64,000 bases of DNA, from NCBI GenBank assembly GCA_049903315.1, contig JBNGBT010000001.1:1-64000 (forward strand). The letters run 5' to 3'. Both the position numbers and the translations under genes were made by a program. Position 1 is the first letter of the stretch, and every line of letters begins with the position of its first letter. Shown here in pieces: positions 38,601 to 46,906 of this stretch. The notes under the pieces were generated by a model. That model searched no databases. It was given only the letters and a program-made list of their open reading frames with translations, and had not been told where the DNA came from. This stretch comes from Candidatus Cloacimonadota bacterium. Lineage in GTDB: Bacteria > Cloacimonadota > Cloacimonadia > JGIOTU-2.

Positions 38601-38631
38601 ATAGGATAAAAATAATTTAGAAATGAATAAA

Positions 38632-38678
38632 TCCCCTCTAAAAAGAGGGGTGTCCGCCAATTGGCGGACGGGGTGTGT
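38632..38678. repeat. REP-like double-hairpin element, second copy
   Basis: TCCCCTCT-AAAA-AGAGGGG-T-GTCCGCCAATTGGCGGAC-GGGGTGTGT. Confidence 0.82.
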
Positions 38679-38687
38679 AATTTGTTG

Positions 38688-38715
38688 TTCATCTTCTCAT
38701 TGATGAGAAAACGAA
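38688..38715 (+). repeat. degenerate 5' fragment of the 188-bp element
   Basis: TTCATCTTCTCATTGATGAGAAAACGAA. Confidence 0.7.
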
Positions 38716-38732
38716 ACGATTAAACACTTCAT

Positions 38733-38761
38733 TGTCATACTTCGAGAACCTCAGCATGACA
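38733..38761. repeat. imperfect palindromic REP-like unit TGTCAT-ACTTCGAGAACCTCAGC-ATGACA
   Basis: 6-bp terminal inverted repeat; single copy in the window. Confidence 0.5.
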
Positions 38762-38813
38762 TCTGCCTATCAAGATTTCTTCACGATAATTTCCATGAGG
38801 TCCATAAGAAAAT

Positions 38814-38853
38814 ATCTGCGTTTATCTGTGCAATCAGTGTTAATCAGTGTGCT
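38814..38853. repeat. ATCWGYG tandem repeat x4 (10/9/10 spacing)
   Basis: Same unit and spacing recur at 43549-43589. Confidence 0.78.
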
Positions 38854-38889
38854 ATTGTATATCTATAATAGAAATCCGTTGTTCTAATT

Positions 38890-40026
38890 CTATCTACTCA
38901 ACAGCTTATGCGCTTCCTTTAAGGATTGAATGATTGGAACCTTCTGAGGACATTTCGACTCACATTCACCGCATTCGATGCATTTATCTGCACGGTTTTC
39001 CTCTTTAATGAAATTATTATACATCATAACCGAACGTTCCATGTCATCATAAATATTACTCTGCATATATGCACCAAGGCATGATGAGATAGATACTCCC
39101 TGAGGACAGGGTTCACAATATTTACAGGATGTGCAGCGGATTGGTGATCGCTTATGATATGCTCGCTTGATTTTTTGGAACACGTGCATTTCATCTATTG
39201 AAAATAAATTAACTTTCGCCTTATTAGCACTTACAACATTTTCCTGTACCTGCTGCAATGTCGTCATGCCACTCAGCACAAGAGGAATTTCTTCATGATG
39301 CCAGACCCATTGCAAAGCACCATCAGCATAAGTCATCTTGCTGCTGAAATTTTGCCAGATTCTTTGTATTTCAGCAGGTGGTTCTTTCGCAAGAAGACCT
39401 CCACGGATTGGCTCCATCACGATCACATCGATATTCTTCTTTGCCGCAAGCTTGAGCCCCTTCCTTCCCGCCTGATATCTGGTATCCATATAATTATACA
39501 TGATCTGACAGAATTCCCATTTATCATAGTCATGTATGATAGCTTCAAAAACTTTATAATGATCGTGAAAAGAAAAACCGATATGTTTGATCCTGCCCTC
39601 TTTCTTTTTGCTTTCACACCATTCAAGCACATTCATTACTTTGAGCTTATTCCAAGATTTTTGGTTCAAAGCATGCAATAAATAAAAATCGAAGTAGTCA
39701 GTTTGCAGTCTTTCCATCTGCTCATCGAGGAGTTTATCCATATCATCGTTATCGTTCACAAACCACGCAGGAAGTTTTGTAGCAAGTAAAATATCTTTTC
39801 GATTTCCATGCTTATGTAGATATTTTCCTATGAATTTCTCGCTCTCACCACCATGATAAGGATAGGCAGTATCAATATAATTCACCCCGTGCTCAAGCGC
39901 ATAATCCAGCATTTCTTCTGCCTTGTCCGCATCGATCTTTTTAGAATCTCCATCAATGATCGGCAAGCGCATTGCCCCAAATCCCAAAATTGAAACCTTA
40001 TGACCGCACAGTGACCGATAATGCAT
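38890..40026 (-). CDS. aldo/keto reductase with C-terminal 4Fe-4S dicluster
   Basis: LGFGAMRLP, NYIDTAYPYHGG.SE, ATKLP, DFYLLH and GFSFH; CxxCxxCxxCP and CxxCxxCxxxCP. Confidence 0.93.
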   Translation of the reverse strand: MHYRSLCGHKVSILGFGAMRLPIIDGDSKKIDADKAEEMLDYALEHGVNYIDTAYPYHGGESEKFIGKYLHKHGNRKDILLATKLPAWFVNDNDDMDKLLDEQMERLQTDYFDFYLLHALNQKSWNKLKVMNVLEWCESKKKEGRIKHIGFSFHDHYKVFEAIIHDYDKWEFCQIMYNYMDTRYQAGRKGLKLAAKKNIDVIVMEPIRGGLLAKEPPAEIQRIWQNFSSKMTYADGALQWVWHHEEIPLVLSGMTTLQQVQENVVSANKAKVNLFSIDEMHVFQKIKRAYHKRSPIRCTSCKYCEPCPQGVSISSCLGAYMQSNIYDDMERSVMMYNNFIKEENRADKCIECGECESKCPQKVPIIQSLKEAHKLLSR

Positions 40027-40151
40027 AGTATATAATACCTTTTTTTCACACTTCAGGAATGTGAAGAATATTTGTTAAGATTTTTCTTTATAATGCTTCA
40101 TTTGCATCGTTTCTCAACGAGTCCTCGTTCTTTTGGAATCAACATTAATTA

Positions 40152-40643
40152 TTATGCCTGCAACTCCTTCAAGGTTTCGAGCACTTTTTCTGCATGATCC
40201 TTTGCTTTCACTTTGTGCCATGCCTGAGCGATCATGCCTTCCGGTGTGATTAAAAAGGTGCTGCGAACTACTCCCATGAACTCTTTTCCGTACAATTTCT
40301 TCTTCTGCCATACACCGTACTTTTCCATTACTACATGGTCGGGATCGCTGAGGAGTTCGATGCCGAGATCATGCTTTTCGATGAAGTTATTATGACTCTG
40401 TATCGAATCCTTGCTCACGCCAATTACAATTGCACCGAGTTCGCTGAATGCATCTACAAGGCAGGTAAACTCCTTTGCTTCCAATGTACAGCCGGATGTA
40501 TTATCTTTTGGGTAGAAATAGAGCACCAGCCATGAACCTGCATAATCACTGAGCGAGACGTCCTCCTCACTCTGATTCAACAGCGTGAAGTCCGGTGCAT
40601 GATCACCGATCTGAAGTATAATGTTTTTCATGCTATCCTCCAT
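40152..40643 (-). CDS. bcp: thioredoxin-dependent thiol peroxidase BCP/PrxQ
   Basis: YFYPKDNTSGCT.EA, GVS.D and RSTFLI motifs. Confidence 0.93.
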   Translation of the reverse strand: MEDSMKNIILQIGDHAPDFTLLNQSEEDVSLSDYAGSWLVLYFYPKDNTSGCTLEAKEFTCLVDAFSELGAIVIGVSKDSIQSHNNFIEKHDLGIELLSDPDHVVMEKYGVWQKKKLYGKEFMGVVRSTFLITPEGMIAQAWHKVKAKDHAEKVLETLKELQA

Positions 40644-40968
40644 TATCAGACAATGAATCTATGATACCTTTCATATTGTCCCGATATTTTTTTAGTGCAT
40701 TTTTACCTTTTGTTGTAATACGAATAAGGGTCCGCGGGATCTTGTCCACAAATTCTTTGCTGACCTTCACGTAACCTGCTGCTTCCAGCTTGCTGATGTG
40801 GCTGGAGAGATTGCCGCGCGTCAATTCCGTCTGCTTCATTAAAAAAGTAAAATCCGCACTGTTGATTACCGAGAGGTAGGAGAGGATCATGAGCCGGGCA
40901 GGTTCATGCACCAGTTTGTCGATATCTGAAAGGGCGTGAAATGATTGTTCAGATGTAGTATTTGCCAT
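40633..40968 (-). CDS. winged-helix (HTH_34/MarR-like) transcriptional regulator
   Basis: DKLVHEPARL.I...L, DF..L, LT.GNLS.H..KLE.AGYV and P.T....T.KG. Confidence 0.9.
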   Translation of the reverse strand: MANTTSEQSFHALSDIDKLVHEPARLMILSYLSVINSADFTFLMKQTELTRGNLSSHISKLEAAGYVKVSKEFVDKIPRTLIRITTKGKNALKKYRDNMKGIIDSLSDNGG

Positions 40969-40980
40969 GAGAACTCCTTC

Positions 40981-42186
40981 CTACTTCAGCTTCTTTGCGA
41001 ATTCATCTTTACCGGACCATCCTGTCAGCAGCAATACCAGCGCTAGCACACCCGAACCAATTATGAAAGTGGAAATCGGTGACAGATCAAACAGGTACAA
41101 CAGATTGCAGCATAATGCCATAACCCCTACAAAAAAGAAGCGCTTTGCTTTGTACATCGTGGCAAGAATGAGGAAGTACAATCCAAGACAGATAAACATA
41201 AGCGCCGGAACGAAACCGAAAGAACGGGAAGAAACTTCAGCAAGTCCCTGCACAGAAAACACTGCCAATCCTGCAAGATTGACCAAAAACATGACCATGA
41301 AATTCCTGAGAAAGCTTCTGCTTTTCACAAAGCTGTTAACCTCGTTTTCTTCAAGGTGTGTGAAGGTGGTTCTTTTACGTGCTGAGTAGGTGAACATACT
41401 GAATATGACGGGTGGAACTATGAGCAGCACATAGAGAGAGACAACACTCAACTGCTTGAAGATGAGATACACCACGACCCACACAAAGAAGTTGACTCCC
41501 AAATAGATCTCATCGATCCCATCCTGGTACACAAGGGAATATCCTTTTCGCTGCTCTTCCAGATCTTTGTATTCCTCGGACTTATCTTCCAGAATAGGAT
41601 TGTCCCTGATGAATTTGTAGAATGTGTACAAACCCGCTGGGATCATGACTGCTGCGATGAGGAACAGGGAATAGATGAAATTGAGCAACATGCGCTGCTT
41701 CAGTAAAAATACAAGCGCGATTCCCGCAATTACTGCAAACCCATAAAGATAGTATCTTTTAAATTGATAACGATTGGCGAAATAGAAGAAAAATACTCCA
41801 ATTCCTACAAGGATGATAACCGGCAATGCTCTGAAGAATCCGGAAGGAATGGTGACAATATTCCGTGCAAACAGGAAGAACACCCCTGCTCCAAAAAAAG
41901 CAACCCCTGCAATAAGGAACATGACCATGCGCTGGCTCGTACGGATGTCCACATACCCGATGCGGGGAAAGGTGAACCGCTTGCGTATACTCGTTGCAAG
42001 CGGACCAACCATCACGGATGGGAGGATTACCAGCATGATGAGATTCTTGTCGTACATTACATTAAAATAAAGATACAACCCAATCACCAGGCAGATGAAT
42101 CCCCACATAATATCCAACACCCCGTCCTGATGAAGGGTCTGCACTGCCCTTTTACGAACTTCTTTTACATCAAAGTTTTGAGTCAT
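40981..42186 (-). CDS. polytopic membrane protein with internal tandem duplication
   Basis: Two copies of QDG..(D/E)I..G...RKR.TF; about 12 hydrophobic segments. Confidence 0.78.
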   Translation of the reverse strand: MTQNFDVKEVRKRAVQTLHQDGVLDIMWGFICLVIGLYLYFNVMYDKNLIMLVILPSVMVGPLATSIRKRFTFPRIGYVDIRTSQRMVMFLIAGVAFFGAGVFFLFARNIVTIPSGFFRALPVIILVGIGVFFFYFANRYQFKRYYLYGFAVIAGIALVFLLKQRMLLNFIYSLFLIAAVMIPAGLYTFYKFIRDNPILEDKSEEYKDLEEQRKGYSLVYQDGIDEIYLGVNFFVWVVVYLIFKQLSVVSLYVLLIVPPVIFSMFTYSARKRTTFTHLEENEVNSFVKSRSFLRNFMVMFLVNLAGLAVFSVQGLAEVSSRSFGFVPALMFICLGLYFLILATMYKAKRFFFVGVMALCCNLLYLFDLSPISTFIIGSGVLALVLLLTGWSGKDEFAKKLK

Positions 42187-42212
42187 TGTGACCTCCGTGA
42201 AATATTGAGTTT

Positions 42213-42229
42213 AGTTTGCAGCGCAAACT
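42213..42229. promoter_or_regulatory. candidate operator AGTTTGC-AGC-GCAAACT
   Basis: Perfect 7-bp inverted repeat between TTGACA (42262-42267, minus) and the membrane protein/HTH operon. Confidence 0.62.
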
Positions 42230-42320
42230 TATATGCAACTAAAACAAGTTGGCAGATTTGGTGTCAAGAAATTGTTAATGATTTATTAAAACAGATAAGA
42301 TTGTAATGATTTGTAATATA

Positions 42321-43229
42321 TTAATTATCAGAGATTCCCATGATATTCAAATTTCCTAAGGAAACAGTGAATTTATTAAATCTTGTTTTATCACCGGAAT
42401 ACAATAAAGCCTGAATATAGAGACTATGTATTGATATATAATCTGATTTAGACTTGATTTCTCCAATTTTCTGTTCTACTGATCTCAATATACGTGCTGA
42501 ACTGATACTTTCAGTATTTCGGAATAAAAGAGAATGTTTACCTTCATTATCCTTAGATTCTAAAATAGATTTATCAAATTGATCCAAGAATTGAAAATGT
42601 TTAAAATCATCTAATGTTATTGAACTGATATTTTCTATTCCATTTATTTGTTCTGTTAACCAACAACATGAATTATTATCAATTAAAAATCTATTTAGTC
42701 TATCTTTAGAAATTATTCTAGAATTATTAATAATTGCAGTTCCATAATAATTTTTTCTGTATCTGTACATGACATCATATGTGAGTGAATATCTTAAAGT
42801 TATCTCACCAATAAATTTTCTGAATTCTTTGTGAAGGGATTTTATTGAATTAAATCTTTGAATATTAGCTTGAAAATAAATTGCAAAGATTATTGCGTGG
42901 AATGGTGTATCAAAAATCTGATAGCCACCATCTCCAATATTTATAAAATAGTCTAAAAAATCATCCTTGTTTTTATCTTGAAATAAATAAGATTCATGCT
43001 CAAGACAATTTAAAACAGTAGTGATGTAGAGTTGGTGGAAAACATGAGGAATGAGGGTTTGTTGTTCTTGTGGGAATTTGCTATATTGGTAAATATCAAA
43101 ACCTAATACAGCCTTTGTTGTTAAATACTCTGATAAAATGTCTGCAATTACGTTGATGCTTTTTTCAGTACCTAATTCTTTAATCTTAGCTTCGATCTCT
43201 TCAATTTTTTTTTTAGTTAATCTTTTCAT
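42321..43229 (-). CDS. class III nucleotidyl cyclase-like protein (orphan, AT-rich)
   Basis: GFDIYQYSK and IGDGGY acidic metal-binding motifs, LRYSL, YYGTAIINNSRI. Confidence 0.65.
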   Translation of the reverse strand: MKRLTKKKIEEIEAKIKELGTEKSINVIADILSEYLTTKAVLGFDIYQYSKFPQEQQTLIPHVFHQLYITTVLNCLEHESYLFQDKNKDDFLDYFINIGDGGYQIFDTPFHAIIFAIYFQANIQRFNSIKSLHKEFRKFIGEITLRYSLTYDVMYRYRKNYYGTAIINNSRIISKDRLNRFLIDNNSCCWLTEQINGIENISSITLDDFKHFQFLDQFDKSILESKDNEGKHSLLFRNTESISSARILRSVEQKIGEIKSKSDYISIHSLYIQALLYSGDKTRFNKFTVSLGNLNIMGISDN

Positions 43230-43363
43230 TTATTTCCCCAATGTTACAACAGTTATTATTGTTGATAGATATATAATTATTCTTTTTGTTTGCCATTTTC
43301 AATCCAATCCCGTAGACTTTTTTTGATTTTTACTAAAAATGGATTTAAGCGTCAAGAAAAATA

Positions 43364-43510
43364 TTAGGTATTAGGTATTGGGTATTGGGTGTAGGGTAAT
43401 GGGTGGAGAATATCAAATTTCTAATTTCTAATTTCAAATGGGTAGGGGCTGAACATGTAAATCGAAAAGCAGAAAGCAGAAAGCAAAAAGCAGGAGTCAG
43501 AAGTCAGAAT
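43364..43510. repeat. cluster of heptamer tandem tracts (TTRGGTA, AATTTCW, AGAAAGC/AGAAGTC) with a truncated GTAG-REP at 43442-43458
   Basis: Period-7 units read directly. Confidence 0.8.
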
Positions 43511-43548
43511 TATCAAATCGGTAAACGATTTTCAAAATTATATTTATA

Positions 43549-43589
43549 ATCAGCGCGAATCAGCCCAATCAGTGAGAATCTGTGTCCTA
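43549..43589. repeat. ATCWGYG tandem repeat x4 (10/9/10 spacing)
   Basis: Matches 38814-38853. Confidence 0.75.
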
Positions 43590-43695
43590 TTTTCCCTATA
43601 CAGTTTCAAATATCAAGTTTCAATTTTCAATGTCCAAAAACAGGCATTGAACCACATTTCATGACCCAATGCCTGGCACTATATTCTATAATGAA

Positions 43696-44421
43696 TTAAT
43701 CAAATGCGTTTTCTGTTTTCCACACTTCCCAGATTTTTCCCACAAGATCGGGGCTTGGTTTCAGGACCATTTTTCCGGGTTTCCAACCGGAAGGAGTTGC
43801 CTGGGTGCCTTTGCTTGCACGAACCAGCTGGAATGCCTGTACCTGCCTGATGGTTTCACTGACATTTCTGCCCACAGGCGGGGTCAGCACTTCGTAACCC
43901 TGGACAATGCCATCAGGATCAATGAGGAATCTTCCGCGTGTTTCCACACCAGCATTCTCATCATAGATGCCGTACACTGTTCCAACTTTACCGCCGGCAT
44001 CGGTCAGCATTGGGAAGGGGATACCTCCTTTTACCATCTTAGAAAGTTCATTCTCGTCCCACATTTTGTGGACGAACACACTGTCCACACTCATTGATAA
44101 AACTTCGACTCCAAGTTCCTGGAATACTGGATATTTCTCTGCGACCGCAGAGACTTCAGTAGCTCACACGAATGTGAAGTCACCCGGATAACAGCAGAGC
44201 ACAACCCATTTTCCGAGATAATCCGAAAGCTTAACGCTTATGAATTTTCCCTTGTGATAGGCAGGTGCTGTAAAATCAGGTGCTTTTCTTCCGACCATGA
44301 TCATTTTTCGTTCCTCCGTTTTTTGTGTTATTTTTTCGTCTTTTTTTTCTTCAACTTCCTCACCGACCGGACCGCCTGTTGGCCTGGCACAGCCCACGTT
44401 CATTTCTTCTGGCATGTGCAT
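43696..44421 (-). CDS. prxU: selenocysteine-containing peroxiredoxin; in-frame UGA at 44164-44166 read as Sec
   Basis: ORFs 44164..44421 and 43696..44094 are in frame; read-through gives [20 protein letters not shown], with U at the peroxidatic Cys position; SECIS-like hairpin follows. Confidence 0.93.
44136..44153 (-). promoter_or_regulatory. bacterial SECIS-like hairpin UCUCUGC-GGUC-GCAGAGA
   Basis: Perfect stem starting 11 nt 3' of the UGA, with a G-containing apical loop. Confidence 0.8.
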
Positions 44422-44528
44422 GCTCCTTTATCGATAGTTGTTATCATTAATATTTGATTTATTAAGTTAATAATTTTCATAACTGATTGTTTTAAATAAA
44501 TAGTTTCTTTAGCTGTCAAGAAAAAAAG

Positions 44529-44589
44529 AATATCCAATATTCAATAATCCATGACCAAAGTCCAAGTAGTGGCTGAACATGTTTAGCCC
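44529..44589 (+). repeat. heptamer tract + GTAG-type REP (GTAGTGGCTGAACATGTTTAGCCC)
   Basis: Family copies at 43442, 46039 and 46932. Confidence 0.85.
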
Positions 44590-44615
44590 AGAATGAAATC
44601 TAATATCGTAAATCG

Positions 44616-45956
44616 TTAATCGTTATTCGATATTTCTTCAAGTGTAGCTTCGATGAATACATCTCTTCCGGTTGCAATATCTTCGGCTGTTTCATGTACA
44701 AGGATATCCGGCATGATGGGTGCTAACTTATCCATATTCTCGACTGCTGCCTTGTAGGTTGTTCTCCCGATCGTGATGATCATCTGGGTGTTTGGAAGAC
44801 GGAGTTCAGTATCTTTACCTGCGTTGCATTTAAACGTTGCACCACTTGGTGTGCCCACAAAGGTGCCGATGTTATTGTAATCCAGAAGTGCACAAAAGTG
44901 TCCGTTCGTTGAGCCGCATCGGCCATCGATCAGCGTATAAAGATTCCCTGTAAAATGATTTTCAGCAAGAGGGATCGGATCAGCGAAATCTGCATACTTT
45001 CCATAGCGTTCTGCAAAATAGGGAACTGGTTCGCTTTCAAGGTAGGAAAGCAGGATGGTCGAGCAGAATGGATCACCGCCACTGTTACCTCTGAGATCGA
45101 GTATCAGGTTTTCGATCCCTTTATCTTTGATCTCTTTGAAGCATGAATCCATGAAATTACGGAAGTAATCCACCCGAGAATAATATGCAAAGGTGTAGAT
45201 CGTGAGGATGGCTGTGTTTTTACCTTCCATGATTTCGAATTCGAGTGGAGGATTACTGAAGTGTCGGAACACCACTTTTCTCACAGATGCATCGTCAGTG
45301 GGAGTTAGTTCTGCCGTGACAGGATCTTCGCTGTCTGGTTTGATGTAAGTTATTTCAAAGCCGTCCGGCAGTCCATACATGCTTGCATAGAATTGAGAGA
45401 AACGAGTTGAGAGTTGTGAATCGATGAAATAGGGATTCATTGCATCAGCAGGGGTGATCATTCTGAAATCGGCTATGATCGTGTCAACTGGGGTTTTATT
45501 AATCTCAATTAGAATACTTCCATCGGGTACTTCAAGGGAATCGTTATAAGTGCCTATCACAGCGAGTTGTTCATCTATGAGTTTGACGGTGAGGGGAAAC
45601 ATATTTCTGGGCTTTGTGATAAAGAATCGCCCAGGCATCCATGTGGATGTGTGCATGCATCCGATCTTGGCAGTAATGGGTGCGAGAATCTGGAAGAATT
45701 CATTCATGGTCATCTCATGATCGATCAGCGCATAGTGCGCATCAAAGAGACTGTCCATTTCTGCTTTTGAGGTGTATTCGTAAGTGCAGCAGTGTTCTTG
45801 CTCAAGGATTTCTCGGAATCTCTTGAAATCCTGCTGGAGTGCTCCGACGCTGAATGCTTGTGATGATTGAAGATTCTCGTCGGCTTGCAGCAAATTCACT
45901 GTAATGAGGAAGAAGCAGAAAAAGAAAATAAAAAATATGTATTTTATTCTTTTCAT
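44616..45956 (-). CDS. S41-family (tail-specific/tricorn-like) peptidase, exported
   Basis: Signal peptide; LILDLRGNSGG, GS..HF, VGTPSG and IMPDI motifs. Confidence 0.85.
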   Translation of the reverse strand: MKRIKYIFFIFFFCFFLITVNLLQADENLQSSQAFSVGALQQDFKRFREILEQEHCCTYEYTSKAEMDSLFDAHYALIDHEMTMNEFFQILAPITAKIGCMHTSTWMPGRFFITKPRNMFPLTVKLIDEQLAVIGTYNDSLEVPDGSILIEINKTPVDTIIADFRMITPADAMNPYFIDSQLSTRFSQFYASMYGLPDGFEITYIKPDSEDPVTAELTPTDDASVRKVVFRHFSNPPLEFEIMEGKNTAILTIYTFAYYSRVDYFRNFMDSCFKEIKDKGIENLILDLRGNSGGDPFCSTILLSYLESEPVPYFAERYGKYADFADPIPLAENHFTGNLYTLIDGRCGSTNGHFCALLDYNNIGTFVGTPSGATFKCNAGKDTELRLPNTQMIITIGRTTYKAAVENMDKLAPIMPDILVHETAEDIATGRDVFIEATLEEISNND

Positions 45957-46010
45957 GAAGTGATCCTTTTTTTTGTGATGGATTTATATGGGATTAAGAA
46001 GTCAAGGAAT

Positions 46011-46061
46011 ATAGGATTTAGGGTTTAGGGATTAGGGTGTAGTCCCTGAACATGTTCAGCC
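46011..46061 (+). repeat. heptamer tract (TTAGGGN) + GTAG-type REP (GTAGTCCCTGAACATGTTCAGCC)
   Basis: Read directly; REP core CTGAACATGTTCAG. Confidence 0.82.
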
Positions 46062-46105
46062 AGATAAAGAGATATGAAATCTTAAATCCCGATCGATATT
46101 CGTTT

Positions 46106-46279
46106 TTATTTTCCTATTATTGCTCCAATTACCAGACCGAGTCCGATACCACCGAGGATAGATCCAATAAAATAGAAAACTGAGAATGGTAACAGGAAAA
46201 ATCCTACGCCAATACCTATCATTGTTCCTCCGCCAACTGCCCATCCGCTTCTGTCTATCTTCTTGTCTTTTGTTTCCAT
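46106..46279 (-). CDS. small glycine-rich 2-TM membrane protein (57 aa)
   Basis: GGAG SD before ATG 46279; GxxxG-rich helices. Confidence 0.7.
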   Translation of the reverse strand: METKDKKIDRSGWAVGGGTMIGIGVGFFLLPFSVFYFIGSILGGIGLGLVIGAIIGK

Positions 46280-46426
46280 ATCATGTCTCCTGTGATTTAT
46301 CAATTTCCTCAATAATTCAGGAATTTCTCATATTGAAGCTATTTTCGTCAAGTTATGCGGCGAATTATGACTTTAAAAATTCGAATTTCTTTACAGGAAC
46401 GAAGCAGTGCAATGGAGATTATTATC

Positions 46427-46906
46427 ATGAATGTAGAAATCTATGAAGATTATTCTATTGATGGAAACTCAGGAGCAGGGCAACTCTTTAGCGAGTATGC
46501 TCAGTCGCTTGGTTTTCCCCTTGATTTTCAGGATTTTGATAAGGAATTGGAGAATCTACCTGGTGAATATGCACCCCCTGAAGGATGTATCTTTCTCTGT
46601 AGAATACAGGATGATATTGCAGGTTGCATTGCTCTCAGAAAACTCGAGCCGGGTATTTGCGAATTAAAGAGGATGTATGTGAGAGAAGGATATCGGGGAA
46701 AGGGGATAGGGAAGATGCTTGTAGAAGAAGTGATCAGAAGAGCAAAAAAAATTGGCTACAAGAAAATGAGATTAGATACACTTCGTTCTATGAAAACTGC
46801 AATAAGAATATATGAGGAGCTTGGATTTAAGGAAATCAGCGCTTATCGTTATAATCCATTCGAAAATGCGATGTATATGGAGAGAAAACTGGAGAATATC
46901 CAATAA
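46427..46906 (+). CDS. GNAT family N-acetyltransferase
   Basis: L.FQ.F..EL..LPG.Y.PP.G, GC.ALR, CELKR.YV...RGKGIG and LDTL..M..A..IY..LGF; GGAG SD before 46427. Confidence 0.92.
   Translation: MNVEIYEDYSIDGNSGAGQLFSEYAQSLGFPLDFQDFDKELENLPGEYAPPEGCIFLCRIQDDIAGCIALRKLEPGICELKRMYVREGYRGKGIGKMLVEEVIRRAKKIGYKKMRLDTLRSMKTAIRIYEELGFKEISAYRYNPFENAMYMERKLENIQ

Noticed and set aside
43696..44421. Peroxiredoxin pseudogene or two separate genes
   Set aside because: The stop is TGA at the catalytic Cys position, with an intact downstream frame and a SECIS-like hairpin; Sec recoding explains it better
46018..46037. Telomere-like TTAGGG/TTTAGGG repeats or eukaryotic contamination
   Set aside because: Only three degenerate units, part of the local heptamer family, in clearly bacterial context
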